A stretch of 64,000 nucleotides of DNA from an uncultured Candidatus Rokubacteria bacterium (GTDB lineage Bacteria; Methylomirabilota; Methylomirabilia; Rokubacteriales; CSP1-6), in assembly GCA_963747235.1 (NCBI GenBank), contig CAVVEU010000024.1:544001-608000 (forward strand), read 5' to 3'. Under the pieces are notes generated by a model that had not been told where the DNA came from, did not search any database, and worked only from the letters and a program-made list of their open reading frames with translations. Each line of letters opens with the position of its first letter. Position 1 is the stretch's first letter. Below, one piece after another: positions 1-10,487 of this stretch. The position numbers were made by a program, and so were the translations under genes.

Positions 1-272
1 TCGTAGTTGAAGATGTGGGAGTCGGCGTCGAGCACCACTTCCTGGCCCGCGCGCGTCTGGGCGAGGACGGAGACCAGGTTGCCCTGGGTGCCGGAGGAGA
101 CGAACAGGGCGGCCTCCTTGCCGGTGCGCCGGGCCGCGGTGTCCTCGAGGCGCCGGACCGTCGGATCCTCTTCCCAGACGTCGTCGCCCACCTCGGCGCG
201 CGCCATGGCATCGCGCATTGCCTGGGTCGGGAGAGTGAGGGTATCCGATCGGAGATCGACGACGTCGTGCAT
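1..272 (-). CDS. ltaE: Low-specificity L-threonine aldolase, 5' part (runs off window edge)
   Basis: Manual translation [39 protein letters not shown]...[12 protein letters not shown]...SHIFNYE carries the DLRSDT and GDDV motifs; not in ORF track. Confidence 0.9.
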   Translation of the reverse strand, partial: MHDVVDLRSDTLTLPTQAMRDAMARAEVGDDVWEEDPTVRRLEDTAARRTGKEAALFVSSGTQGNLVSVLAQTRAGQEVVLDADSHIFNY

Positions 273-275
273 GAC

Positions 276-1028
276 TTACCTCGCGGCCTGGAGGCGTTGC
301 GCGGCGCGCTTGCCCCACTCCGTGTAAGGGTACTCATCCGCCAGCTGCCGATACATCCGCTGAGACTCCTCGGCCCGTCCGTCGCCGGAATATACCTCAC
401 CCAGCCGGAAGAGCGCCTCCGGGATCACGAGGGTGCGCGGGAATTCCTTGACCACCTTCTCCAGCCGCTGGCGGGCCGCCCCGGGATTGCCCTGGTTGAT
501 GTAGTAGGCGGCGACCCACAGCTCCTTCTGGGCCAGGCGCCCCCGACAGATGTCGATCTTGGCGAGCGCGTCCGCCGCGTAGCGGCTCTCCGGGTACTCG
601 CGAACGAGCACCTTGAACGCCTCCATCGACTTGCGGGTGATCTCCTGGTCCTGCTCCACCGGCTTCATCTGGTCGTAGTAGCTCATCGAGAGACGATACT
701 GGACCAGGTCGGCGATCTGGTGCCGCGGGTAGAAGGCCATGAAGCCTTCGAACTCCTTGATCGCCTTGTCGAACTGTCCCTCGCGGTAGAACGCCTCGCC
801 GATCAGGAAGCGGGCCCGCGGCGCGTAGCTCGATTGCGGGTGCCGCTCCGCGACCTTGCGGAAGGCGGTGCGCGCCTCGTCGTACCGGCTCTTGTTGAGC
901 TGAGTCTCGCCTTCCGCGTACAGCTCGGAGGCAGGCGGGAGCGCCTGCGGACGCTGGCGGAAGAAGTCCGCAATGGTCGTGCACCCGCTCAGGAGCAGGA
1001 GCAGACTCATCAGCGTCGCGGGAACCAA
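276..1028 (-). CDS. bamD: Outer membrane protein assembly factor BamD (TPR lipoprotein); true start may be ~1048 across a 1-nt indel
   Basis: Lipobox LSGC, TPR-like helices, DQEITRKSMEAF...YPESRYA and LAQKELWVAAYY segments. Confidence 0.85.
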   Translation of the reverse strand: MVPATLMSLLLLLSGCTTIADFFRQRPQALPPASELYAEGETQLNKSRYDEARTAFRKVAERHPQSSYAPRARFLIGEAFYREGQFDKAIKEFEGFMAFYPRHQIADLVQYRLSMSYYDQMKPVEQDQEITRKSMEAFKVLVREYPESRYAADALAKIDICRGRLAQKELWVAAYYINQGNPGAARQRLEKVVKEFPRTLVIPEALFRLGEVYSGDGRAEESQRMYRQLADEYPYTEWGKRAAQRLQAAR

Positions 1029-1170
1029 GGAGGAATTTGAGACGCATCGGCCAGTGGTTGGCCATCGATTGGCCCCCAGTTGTAAGGGCGGAAGTCTGGA
1101 AAGTCAAGGACATCGTGCGGGGGGCCTCCCCTCCGGGCGGCGGGGGCTCCGGTTCAGCTTTGTCGTCGAC

Positions 1171-1773
1171 TTACCGGGCGCGGGCGCGGTCTTTCGCGGC
1201 CGGCCCCCAGATCGCCTCCAGTCGCTGGTCGCGGCCGCAACCGGCGCGGTAGAGGTTGTAACGGATCGGGTTCTTCTTGTAGTAGTCCTGGTGGTAGTCC
1301 TCCGCGGGCCAGAACTTCGAGGCCGTGACGACCTCGGTCACCACCGGCTTCCGCAGGCGCTCCGCCACCGCGCGCCTGGATTCCTCCGCCAGGCGCCGCT
1401 GGGTCTCGTCGTGCACGAAGATAGCGGCCCGGTACTGGCTGCCGGTGTCGCAGAACTGCGCGTTGGCGGTCAGGGGGTCGATGTTGCGCCAGAATACGTC
1501 GAGAAGCTGCGAGTAGGCGACCTTCGCGGGGTCGTACACGATCTCGACCGCCTCGGCATGGCCCGTCCGGCCGGCCGAGACCTGCTCGTACGTCGGATCC
1601 GTGGTGCGGCCGCCCGTGTAGCCGGAGGTGGTCGAGACGACTCCGTCCAGCTTGTCGAACGGCGGCTCCATGCACCAGAAGCAACCGCCCGCGAAGGTGG
1701 CTCGGGCGCGCTCCTGCGCGTCTGCTGCGACGACCGCGGCGAGACAGAGCAGGCTCGCGATGATCGTGCGCAT
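1171..1773 (-). CDS. msrA: Peptide-methionine (S)-S-oxide reductase with Sec-type signal peptide
   Basis: FAGGCFWC, GYTGG, GHAEAV, AEDYHQDY motifs; hydrophobic N-terminus. Confidence 0.95.
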   Translation of the reverse strand: MRTIIASLLCLAAVVAADAQERARATFAGGCFWCMEPPFDKLDGVVSTTSGYTGGRTTDPTYEQVSAGRTGHAEAVEIVYDPAKVAYSQLLDVFWRNIDPLTANAQFCDTGSQYRAAIFVHDETQRRLAEESRRAVAERLRKPVVTEVVTASKFWPAEDYHQDYYKKNPIRYNLYRAGCGRDQRLEAIWGPAAKDRARAR

Positions 1774-1776
1774 GGC

Positions 1777-2268
1777 TCAGGCCCGCCGGAAGACGAGGGC
1801 GATGCCGTTCATGCAGTAGCGTAGCCCGGTCGGCTTCGGCCCGTCGTCGAACACGTGTCCCAGGTGGCCGCCGCACCGCCGGCAATGCACCTCGGTCCGG
1901 GACATGAACAGGGACCGGTCCGTCGTCGTCCCGACCGCGTCCGGCAGCGGCGTCCAGAAGCTGGGCCAGCCGGTTCGGCTGTCGAACTTCGTGTCCGACG
2001 AGAAGAGAGGCAGCTCGCACCCGGCGCAATGGTAGGTTCCCCGGCCGTACTCCTTGTCCAGGGGGCTGCTCCCGGGGCGCTCGGTCCCGTGCTTGCGCAA
2101 CACCGAGAACTGCGCCGCGGTGAGCCGCTGCTTCCACTCGGCCTCGGTCATCGCCACGTCGAAGGTCCCGGTCGGCTTGCTCACCTTGTCCTCCGCGCCG
2201 GCGATCCGCGCGGCCGCTCCCGCCGTGGCGATCGCCAGCCCCATCTGCAAGAGTCGTCGTCTGGTCAT
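1777..2268 (-). CDS. msrB: Peptide-methionine (R)-S-oxide reductase with Tat signal
   Basis: GTERP, CxxC pairs, GWPSF, GHLGHVFDDGP, RYCMN; N-terminal TRRRLL. Confidence 0.95.
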   Translation of the reverse strand: MTRRRLLQMGLAIATAGAAARIAGAEDKVSKPTGTFDVAMTEAEWKQRLTAAQFSVLRKHGTERPGSSPLDKEYGRGTYHCAGCELPLFSSDTKFDSRTGWPSFWTPLPDAVGTTTDRSLFMSRTEVHCRRCGGHLGHVFDDGPKPTGLRYCMNGIALVFRRA

Positions 2269-2332
2269 CTTGGGCCAGTATGCGCCTCGGAAGCGCTCCG
2301 CATGTCACAGGGGCGTGAACAAACTCGGAACG

Positions 2333-2362
2333 TTGACAGGTCCTGCCGAGACTACATATGAT
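2333..2362 (+). promoter_or_regulatory. sigma70-type promoter TTGACA-18-TATGAT, likely leaderless
   Basis: TTGACA 2333-2338, TATGAT 2357-2362, ATG at 2369, no SD. Confidence 0.6.
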
Positions 2363-2368
2363 CCCGCC

Positions 2369-3638
2369 ATGCCGCTGGGACCGGTGACGCTCCCGACGAT
2401 GCACCGTGTGCGGCAGACCTTCGCGCGCACCCGCCTCGAGGACATTCCCGGAGGGGTCCGGAAGACCCTGGCCGGCGCCGGCCTGCCCATCAAGCGGGGG
2501 GATAGGGTGGCGGTCGGGGCGGGCAGCCGGGGGATCGCCAATATCGCGGTCATCGTCCGCGCCACCGTGGACTGGCTCAAGGCGCACGGGGCCCGGCCCT
2601 TCGTCTTCCCGGCCATGGGCAGCCACGGCGGGGCCACCGCCGAGGGGCAACGCTCGGTGCTGGAGCAATACGGCATCACCGAGGCCACCATGGGCTGCGA
2701 GGTCCGGGCCTCCATGGACGTGGTCCAGGTGGGGGAGGCTCTGGGGCTGCCGATCTGGCTCGACCGGATCGCCTCCGAGGCCGACTGGATCGGGGTGGTC
2801 AACCGGATCAAGCCCCACACCGACTTCAAGGGCTCGATCGAGTCCGGCCTCTTCAAGATGATGACGATCGGGCTCGGCAAGTACCACGGGGCCACCCAGT
2901 ACCACCGGGCCAACGTCACTCACGGCTACGAGACGGTGATCACCGCGGTGGGCCGCGAGATGCTGGCCAAGGCCCGCATCGGGTTCGGGCTCGGGATCGT
3001 GGAGAACGGCTACGACGAGACCGCGTGCGTGGAGGCCTTCAACGCGGCGGACCTCGAGGCGGGCGAGCGGCGGCTGCTCAAGGACGCGCGCACCTGGATG
3101 GCGCGGCTGCCCGTTCTCCCCCATCGACGTGCTGGTGGTCGAGGAGATCGGCAAGAACGTCTCCGGCTCCGGCATGGACACCAACGTGATCGGCCGCCCG
3201 TCGAACCCGCACGAGCCGTTCCCGGCCGACCCGAAGATCCTGTGGATCGTGGCCCTCGACCTCACCGAGGAGAGCCACGGCAACGCCACCGGGATCGGCA
3301 ACGCCGACTTCACCACCCGCCGGCTGGCCGAGAAGATCGACTGGAAGCCGACGGCCATCAACACCCTCACCGCCTGCGCCCCCAACGGGGCCAAGCTGCC
3401 CCTCGTGTTCGAGAGCGACCGCGAGGCGGTGGAGAATGCGCTGAACTGCATCGGCCTCACCCCGCCCGACCGCGCCCGCGTGATCCGGATCCGGAGCACG
3501 CTGGTGCTGGGCGAGATCGAGTGCTCCGAGGCCATGCTGCCGGAGATCGCCAAGCGTCCGGACCTGACCGTGATCGGCGAGGGTCGTCCCCTCGGGTTCG
3601 ACGCGGCGGGCCGCATCATCCCGCTTCTCGCCCACTGA
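2369..3638 (+). CDS. LarA/DUF2088-like (lactate racemase domain) protein, frameshift ~3110
   Basis: GSRGIANI, PAMGSHGGAT, NRIKPHTDF, then GKNVSGSGMDTNVIGR in the next frame. Confidence 0.75.
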
Positions 3639-3660
3639 GCGAAACAGGAGGTTCCAACCG

Positions 3661-4638
3661 ATGATCGTGACGACCCGAAGGGTATACGTGCTGGCCGCCG
3701 CGCTGTTGCTCAGCCTGGCTCTGGCGGCGCCCGGCCACGCCCAGGACAAGGTGGGGCTGATCTTCTCCGCCGGCCCCACCGGCGGAACCTGGACGCCCAT
3801 GGCCGCGGCCACCGCTGACGTGATCAAGAAGAAATTCCCCGAGCTCGACGTCCAAGTCGAGCCGGGCGCCGCCCTCGTCAACATGGAGAAGATCCGCAAC
3901 GACAAGGCCGACATCGGCTGGTCCATGACCACCGTGCTCGCCGACGCGCGCGCGGGGGTGAACACCTGGAAGGGGAAGCAGACCGACAAGCCCCTCATCG
4001 TCGCCAACTACTACCCGAACGTCTGGCAGCTCATCGTCCCTGTCGACAGCGATGTTCGGAAGCTCGAGGATTTGAAGGGCAAGGCGGTGGCGCTCCCGCC
4101 CCGCGGCAACACCAGCCTCGCCGAGGGGTGGGAACTGCTCCTCAAGGTCGTCGGCATGAAGCTCGACGACCTCGGGACCAAGAGCTACGGCTCGATCACC
4201 GAGAACGGCGAGCTGATCAAGAACCGGCAGGCGGTAGCCATGGGGTGGTACACCGTCGTCCCGGCCTCGTTCGTGCTGGATGTCGGCTCATCGCGGAAGC
4301 TGCGGATGGTGGGCCTGACCGAGGACACGATCAAGAAGATGCAGGCTCTCAACGCCGGATTCATCCGCCACGTGGTCCCGAAGGGCACGTACGGCGCCTA
4401 CGGTGTCGAGGAGGACGTGGTGACGATCCAGGCCCCGACCATCCTGATCGCCTCGTCCAAGACGCCCGCCGACGCGATCTACAAGGTCACCAAGGCCATC
4501 GTCGAGGGCCGGGACGCCTTCGGCCACGTGAGCTCGGTCATGAAGGGCACCACTCCGCAGCACTTCGCCGAGTCGTTCGGCATGCCCCGGCACCCCGGGG
4601 CGGAGCGCTACTATCGCGAAGCCGGCCTCCTGAAGTAG
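3661..4638 (+). CDS. TAXI-family TRAP transporter solute-binding subunit
   Basis: Signal peptide, GPTGGTW, DLKGKAVAL, C-terminal HPGAERYYREAG; SD AGGAGG upstream. Confidence 0.9.
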   Translation: MIVTTRRVYVLAAALLLSLALAAPGHAQDKVGLIFSAGPTGGTWTPMAAATADVIKKKFPELDVQVEPGAALVNMEKIRNDKADIGWSMTTVLADARAGVNTWKGKQTDKPLIVANYYPNVWQLIVPVDSDVRKLEDLKGKAVALPPRGNTSLAEGWELLLKVVGMKLDDLGTKSYGSITENGELIKNRQAVAMGWYTVVPASFVLDVGSSRKLRMVGLTEDTIKKMQALNAGFIRHVVPKGTYGAYGVEEDVVTIQAPTILIASSKTPADAIYKVTKAIVEGRDAFGHVSSVMKGTTPQHFAESFGMPRHPGAERYYREAGLLK

Positions 4639-4645
4639 TCGCTCG

Positions 4646-6532
4646 GTGCGCAAGCTCGCCGGCTACTCCGGGCTGGTCGTCGGCGTGGTGGGGGTCTTCA
4701 TGTCCCTCTACCACGTCTACGCCCGGCTCACCCCCGCGGCGCCGGACAGCTTGGCGCTGCGGATCATTACGCTCGCGTTCAGCCTGGTTCTCGCGTTCCT
4801 GCTCTTTCCGGCGCGCAAGGGCGGCCCGTCCGATCGGATCCCGTGGACCGACCTGGCCTGGGCCGCCCTGTCGCTCGTCTGCACCGCCTACCTGTTCGTC
4901 CGGTACGAGTACGTCAACAGCCGCTTCCCCACCGCCGACCCGTTGAGCGCCGTGGACATGGCGGTGGCGGCGCTCGCGGTGATCCTGGTCCTCGACGCGA
5001 CGCGGCGGACAATCGGGGCCGCCCTGCCCATCGTCGCCCTGTCCTTCATCGTCTACGCCCTCGCGGGCCCCTGGATGCCCGGAGCCCTCCATCACCGCGG
5101 GCTCACGCTCGAGATCCTCCTCGACCAGACCTTCTTCACCAGCGAGGGCATCTTCGGGATCCCGCTCGGCGTGGCCGGCTCGTACGTCATCCTCTTCATC
5201 ATCTTCGGCGCGTTCCTCGAGAAGTCGGGGGCGGGCCAGTTCTTCATGAACTTCGCCAACGCCCTCGCGGGGGGCGCGCGCGGCGGCCCCGGCAAGGTCG
5301 CGGTGGTGTCCTCGAGCCTGTTCGGGACCATCTCGGGTTCCGCGGTCGCCAACGTCATGGTGGACGGCTGGCTGACCATCCCGATGATGAAGCGGACCGG
5401 CTTCAAGCCGGAGGCGGCGGCCGCCATCGAGGCGGTGGCCTCCACCGGCGGCCAGATCATGCCGCCCATCATGGGGGCGGCCGCCTTCGTGATGGCCGAG
5501 TTCCTCGGCGTCTCCTACGGCTCCATCATGCTCGCCGCCATGATCCCCGCGCTGTTCTACTACGGGGCCCTCTTCGCGGCCATCCACTTCAACGCGATCC
5601 GCAGCGGCCTGCGGGGCATCCCCCGGGAAGAGCTGCCCGTGCTCGGGCACATCATGGTGCGGCAAGGCCACCTCTTCATCCCGCTCGTGGTCATCTTCGT
5701 CCTGCTCCTGCAGGGGTTCACCGCCACCTACGCGGCCATCATCTCGTCGGTGTCGGTGATCCTGCTGTCCTGGCTTCGCGCGGAGAGCCGGATCACGCTT
5801 CGGCGCGCGATCGACGCGCTCCGGGACGGCGCGGAGCAGACGGTGCCGGTGGCGATGGCCACCGCGGCCGCGGGCATCGTCATCGGGGTGGTGCTCCAGA
5901 CCGGGCTGGCCATCCGGTTCACGAGCTTCCTGGTCGGCATCTCGGGCACGAGCCTCCTTCTCGCCCTCTTCATCACCATGTGCGCCGCGATCATCCTCGG
6001 CATGGGGATGCCGACGACACCCGCCTACATCATGCTCGCCGCGCTGCTGATCCCCGCGCTCATCAAGCTCGGGGTGACCCCGATGGCCGCGCACATGTTC
6101 GGCTTCTACTTCGCGTGCCTCTCCGCGGTCACGCCGCCGGTGGCCCTGGCGGTCTACGCTGCTGCGTCGATCGGCAAGTCCGGCCTGTGGGGGTCCGGGT
6201 TACAGGCGGTCAAGTTCGCCGCCGCCGGGTTCATCGTTCCGTATTTCTTCGTCTACAACCCGGCCCTCCTCTTCTCGGGCCCGTGGATCGAGATCGGCCG
6301 CGCCATCCTCACCGGCACCATCGGCGTGATCGCGCTCGCGGCGGGGCTCGAGGGCTACTTCATCCGGGTCGCCCGGCCGTGGGAGCGCGCGATCTTCGTC
6401 GCGGCCGCCCTGTGCCTCATCGATCCGGGGCTGATCACCGACGTGATCGGGCTGGGCCTGCTTCTGGCCGGTCTTGCCCTGCAGAAGCTCCGGCCGGCGA
6501 TCATGATCGCCCAGCCGGTGAGACCGTCGTGA
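4646..6532 (+). CDS. TRAP transporter fused 4TM/12TM permease
   Basis: EGIFGIPLGV, GTISGSAVANV, ASTGGQIMPPIMGAAAF, LGMGMPTTPAY, TPPVALA. Confidence 0.92.
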   Translation: MRKLAGYSGLVVGVVGVFMSLYHVYARLTPAAPDSLALRIITLAFSLVLAFLLFPARKGGPSDRIPWTDLAWAALSLVCTAYLFVRYEYVNSRFPTADPLSAVDMAVAALAVILVLDATRRTIGAALPIVALSFIVYALAGPWMPGALHHRGLTLEILLDQTFFTSEGIFGIPLGVAGSYVILFIIFGAFLEKSGAGQFFMNFANALAGGARGGPGKVAVVSSSLFGTISGSAVANVMVDGWLTIPMMKRTGFKPEAAAAIEAVASTGGQIMPPIMGAAAFVMAEFLGVSYGSIMLAAMIPALFYYGALFAAIHFNAIRSGLRGIPREELPVLGHIMVRQGHLFIPLVVIFVLLLQGFTATYAAIISSVSVILLSWLRAESRITLRRAIDALRDGAEQTVPVAMATAAAGIVIGVVLQTGLAIRFTSFLVGISGTSLLLALFITMCAAIILGMGMPTTPAYIMLAALLIPALIKLGVTPMAAHMFGFYFACLSAVTPPVALAVYAAASIGKSGLWGSGLQAVKFAAAGFIVPYFFVYNPALLFSGPWIEIGRAILTGTIGVIALAAGLEGYFIRVARPWERAIFVAAALCLIDPGLITDVIGLGLLLAGLALQKLRPAIMIAQPVRPS

Positions 6533-6621
6533 GCCGGGCCGCGCAGGCTGCCCTGACGTTGATCGCGGCAACGCTGCTCGTCGGCACCGTGCTCTACGGG
6601 GTCCTCCGCGTCTACGCCTGA
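6529..6621 (+). CDS. Putative 30-aa single-pass membrane protein
   Basis: GTG overlaps the permease TGA (GTGA); MSRAAQAALTLIAATLLVGTVLYGVLRVYA is one hydrophobic helix. Confidence 0.5.
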   Translation: MSRAAQAALTLIAATLLVGTVLYGVLRVYA

Positions 6622-6642
6622 CCCGTGTGGCCCGCGAATTGC

Positions 6643-6672
6643 TTGACAGACGCCCGTCGCGCGGCATACAGT
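6643..6672 (+). promoter_or_regulatory. sigma70-type promoter for sugar ABC operon
   Basis: TTGACA 6643-6648, TACAGT 6667-6672; SD GAGGAGGAG before ATG 6729. Confidence 0.6.
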
Positions 6673-6728
6673 CCGCACACACCTTTCCAGATTTTGTCCC
6701 GACCCGTTACCTCAGTGAGGAGGAGTCC

Positions 6729-8007
6729 ATGGGACCTGTCACTCGCCGTCAGTTCCTGACCACCACCGGAGCCGGCCTCGCCGGCATCCTTGCCACCCGC
6801 GTGCCGCCGGCCCGGGGCCAGCAGCGCGAGATCTCGTACCTCTGCTGGAACAACTTCGCGCCCGCCTCGGACAAGAAGCTGGCCGAGATCGGGCTGCGCT
6901 TCACCAAGGACACCGGGATCAAGCTCAAGATCGACCACATCTCCCACATGGGCCCCCAGCAGGCCAAGTACGCCTCCGAGGTGCAGACCCAGGCCGGGCA
7001 CGACATGGTCGAGATGCGCATGCACTTCCCGTGGCTCTACGAGCCGCAGCTCGTGGACGTCTCCGACGTGGTGGCCGGCCTCGAGAAGCAGTACGGGAAG
7101 GCCATCGCCTCCTCGTACGAGGGGGCGCACGTCAAGGGCGTGTGGCGCGCGGTCCCGCAGTACCACGGCATGTTCGTGGCCACCTACCGCGAGGACCTCT
7201 TCAAGAAGGCGAGCCTCAAGGTGCCGGACACCTGGGAAGATCTCTACACGGTCGGCAAGGAGCTCAAGAAGATGGGGAATCCGGTGGGGATCCCCATCTC
7301 GCAGAACTACGATTCGATCTCCACCGCGGGGCCCGTGCTGTGGTCGTTCGGCGGCATGGAGGTGGACAAGGACGGCAAGACGGTGCGCATCAACTCGCCC
7401 GCCACCGTGCAGACGATCGAGTGGTACCAGAAGATGTACCGGGACTGCATGGAGCCCGAGGTGCTGTCCTGGTCGGATGCGAGCAACAACGAGTCCATCC
7501 AGCAGGGCAAGGCGGGCTGGATCCACAATCCGGTCTCGGCCTACATCATCGCCAAGCAGCGCAAGCTCGTGACCGCCGACGGCATCAACCACCACCGGAG
7601 CCTGGGCGGCCCTCAGGGGCGCCACGAGACGGACACGCCGCGCCACATCGGCATCTGGAAGTTCTCCAAGAACATCGACGCCGTCCAAGGAGTGGATCCG
7701 CTACCTGCTTGGCAAGCGCGAGAACTACGACGAGTACATCATGGCGGGGGACGCCTTCAACCTGCCCACGTACGAGAAGCTCCAGGACCACCCGGTGCTC
7801 CGGACCGATCCCAAGCTCGCCGCCCTCAAGGGGGAAGGCGTCCAGTACCACACCTACGGCTGGCCGGCGCCGCCCTCGGACAAGGTCCAGCTCATCACCA
7901 ACACCTATCTCCTGCCCAACATGATCGCCAAGGCGGTCACCGGCACCTCGACCAAGGACGCCATCGCCTGGGCCGAGAACGAGATGAAGAAGATCCTGGC
8001 TGGGTGA
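6729..8007 (+). CDS. Carbohydrate ABC transporter solute-binding protein (Tat), frameshift ~7683
   Basis: TRRQFL Tat motif, YREDLF, VPDTWEDL; C-terminus continues in ORF 7741..8007. Confidence 0.85.
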
Positions 8008-8065
8008 GGTGAAGCCGACGGCGAGCCGAACGAATATGACAAAGGGGTCAGGGTAGAGACGACAC

Positions 8066-9010
8066 ATGGCGGTCAGAGCCGAGCAAATTCGCGTAACGCC
8101 GGCCCGCCCGGGGTTGGTGGCCCGGGTGAGGGGATTGCTCGACCGCGAGGAGATCCTGGGGCCGGTCTTCGTCACCCCGGCCCTGCTCCTCCTGCTCCTG
8201 CTCGTCGCCTATCCGTTCGTGATGGCGCTCTACTTCTCGATGTCCAACGCCTTCATCGGCCGGCCGAGCGAGTTCATCGGCTTCCGCAACTTCGTGAAGC
8301 TGTGGGACAGCGACGCCTTCCGCCAGACCTTCCAGAACGCCTTCGTCTTCACCGGGATCGCGGTGGTGTTCAAGGTGGTGCTGGGGATCATCCTGGCCCT
8401 GCTCCTCAACGAGCAGCTCTGGTTCAAGCGGATGATCCGCGGGCGTGGTGCTCCTGCCCTGGGTCATCCCCACCGCGCTCAGCACGCTCGGGCTGGTGGT
8501 GGATGTTCAACTCGCTCTACAGCGTGGTGAACTGGACCGGCATCGCCACCGGGCTCATGGATCCGCCCGGGCCCGAACTGGCTCGGCCAGCGGTACTACG
8601 CGATGGCCGCGGTCATCACCGTCAACATCTGGCGCGGGCTGCCGTTCTTCGCGATCACCATCCTGGCGGGCCTGGTGGCCATCCCCAAGGAGCTGTACGA
8701 GGCGGCCGAGGCCGACGGCGCGGGCGCCAATGCCCGCTTCTGGCACATCACCCTGCCGCTGCTCAAGCCGGTGCTCGCGGTGGTGGTGCTCTTCTCCACC
8801 ATCTTCACCTTCAGCGACTTCAACATCGTCTACGTGCTCACCCACGGCGGGCCCATCAACTCCACCCACCTCTTCGCCACGCTGTCGCGCATGATCGGCA
8901 TCGACACCGGGCGGATCGGCGAGGGCGCGGCGATCTCGCTCTACCTCTTCCCGCTGCTCGTCTTCGTGGTCTGGGCCCAGCTCCGCTTCGTGCGGAAGCA
9001 GACGTTCTGA
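8066..9010 (+). CDS. Carbohydrate ABC permease, several frameshifts ~8440-8580
   Basis: FIGFRNF, LLPWVIP, EAA loop ELYEAAEADGA. Confidence 0.85.
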
Positions 9011-9017
9011 GCCCGAC

Positions 9018-9863
9018 GTGACCGTCGCGCGCCGGCCGTTCCTGGGGAAGGTCACGAAGCACCTGCTGCTGCTGCCGTTCCTCGTCTTCGCGCTGTTCCC
9101 CTTCTACCACATGACGCTCACGTCGCTGAAGCAGGACCGCGAGCTCTACGATCGCTACGCGGTGCCCCTCATCATCACGCAGGGGCCCACCCTCGAGCAC
9201 TACACCAAGCTCCTCTGGGACACCGAGTTCCTCATCTGGACCAAGAACAGCCTGCTCGTGACCGGCCTGTCCACCGTGGTGTCGGTCGTCATCGGCACCA
9301 TCGCGGCCTACGCGCTCGCCCGGCTGAAGTTCGCCGGGGTCGCCGCCCTCGGTACCGGGATCTTCGTCACCTACCTCGTGCCCACCTCGCTCCTGTTCTT
9401 GCCGCTGGCCCAGGTCATCAACTGGATCGGGATGGGCGATTCGAAGTGGGCGCTCGTGCTGACGTACCCGACCTTCCTGGTGCCGTTCTGCACGTGGCTG
9501 CTCATCGGCTACTTCCGCACGGTCCCCAAGGAGATCGAGGAGTGCGCGATGGTGGACGGGGCCACGCGAATCCAGGCGCTCTGGCGCATCGTGCTGCCCA
9601 TCGCGGTGCCCGGGCTCGTGTGCGCGGCGCTCTTCGCCTTCACGCTCTCGTGGAACGAGTTCATCTACGCGCTCACCTTCACGTCCTCGTCGGATCAGAT
9701 CACCGCCAGCGTGGGCGTCACCACCGAGCTGATTCGCGGGGACATCTACTTCTGGGGCTCGCTCATGGCGGGCGCGGTCCTGGGCTCGGTGCCCATCGTG
9801 ATCCTGTACGTGTTCTTCCTCGACTACTACGTCTCCGGCCTCACCGCCGGCGCGATCAAGTAG
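9018..9863 (+). CDS. Carbohydrate ABC permease
   Basis: AAYALARL, EIEECAMVDGA, SWNEFIYAL, GLTAGAIK end. Confidence 0.92.
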   Translation: MTVARRPFLGKVTKHLLLLPFLVFALFPFYHMTLTSLKQDRELYDRYAVPLIITQGPTLEHYTKLLWDTEFLIWTKNSLLVTGLSTVVSVVIGTIAAYALARLKFAGVAALGTGIFVTYLVPTSLLFLPLAQVINWIGMGDSKWALVLTYPTFLVPFCTWLLIGYFRTVPKEIEECAMVDGATRIQALWRIVLPIAVPGLVCAALFAFTLSWNEFIYALTFTSSSDQITASVGVTTELIRGDIYFWGSLMAGAVLGSVPIVILYVFFLDYYVSGLTAGAIK

Positions 9864-9906
9864 CTCCAGCCGCCTCCTGGTCCGACCGCCGGCGACCGTC
9901 GGCGCG

Positions 9907-9921
9907 TGGCATCCATCTTGC
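9907..9921 (+). promoter_or_regulatory. sigma54 (-24/-12) promoter upstream of GNAT gene
   Basis: TGGCATCCATCTTGC fits TGGCAC-N5-TTGC with exact GG/GC spacing. Confidence 0.65.
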
Positions 9922-9957
9922 GCGAAACTCCATCTCAGCGATGGAGTGATCGGAAGG

Positions 9958-10487
9958 ATGGAGGCGATGACGGGCGAGGTGATGCAGGACGCGGCACAGT
10001 ACCCGCGCGAGTTGGTGCGGAGATCACGCTCAAGGACGGCTTCTCCGCGCGGATCCGTCCCATCCGACCCGACGACGAGCCCCGGCTCACGGTGCTGCGC
10101 CACCTCCCTCCCGACTGGTACCACTTCTTCGCGAACGTGGACTACGTGCGCCGCCTGGCCCTGGTGGCGGAGCGCGAGACGGTCGCGGGCGTGCAGCTCA
10201 TCGGCGTCGGCCGCTACGAGCCCGGGGAGGAGCCGGACACCGCGGAGGTGGCGTTCGTCGTCGACGATGGCTGGCAGGGCCGCGGTCTGGGCGGCATCCT
10301 GCTGGACGCGGTGCTAAGGGCGGCCGAGGCGCGGGGGATTCACCGCTTCAGCGCCTACGTGCAGGCCGACAACTACCGGATGCTGCGGCTGCTCACCACC
10401 CGGACCCAGGTCGAGGACCGGAAGACGGAGGAAGGGGTCACCGCGCTACGGTTCCGGCGCGTCCCCGCTGACGCCACACCTCGATGA
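9958..10487 (+). CDS. GNAT N-acetyltransferase (type seen fused to acyl-CoA synthetases), frameshift ~10020; start uncertain
   Basis: LKDG..IRPIRPDD, VDYVRRLALVA, AEVAFVVDDGWQGRGLG, DNYRML. Confidence 0.8.
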
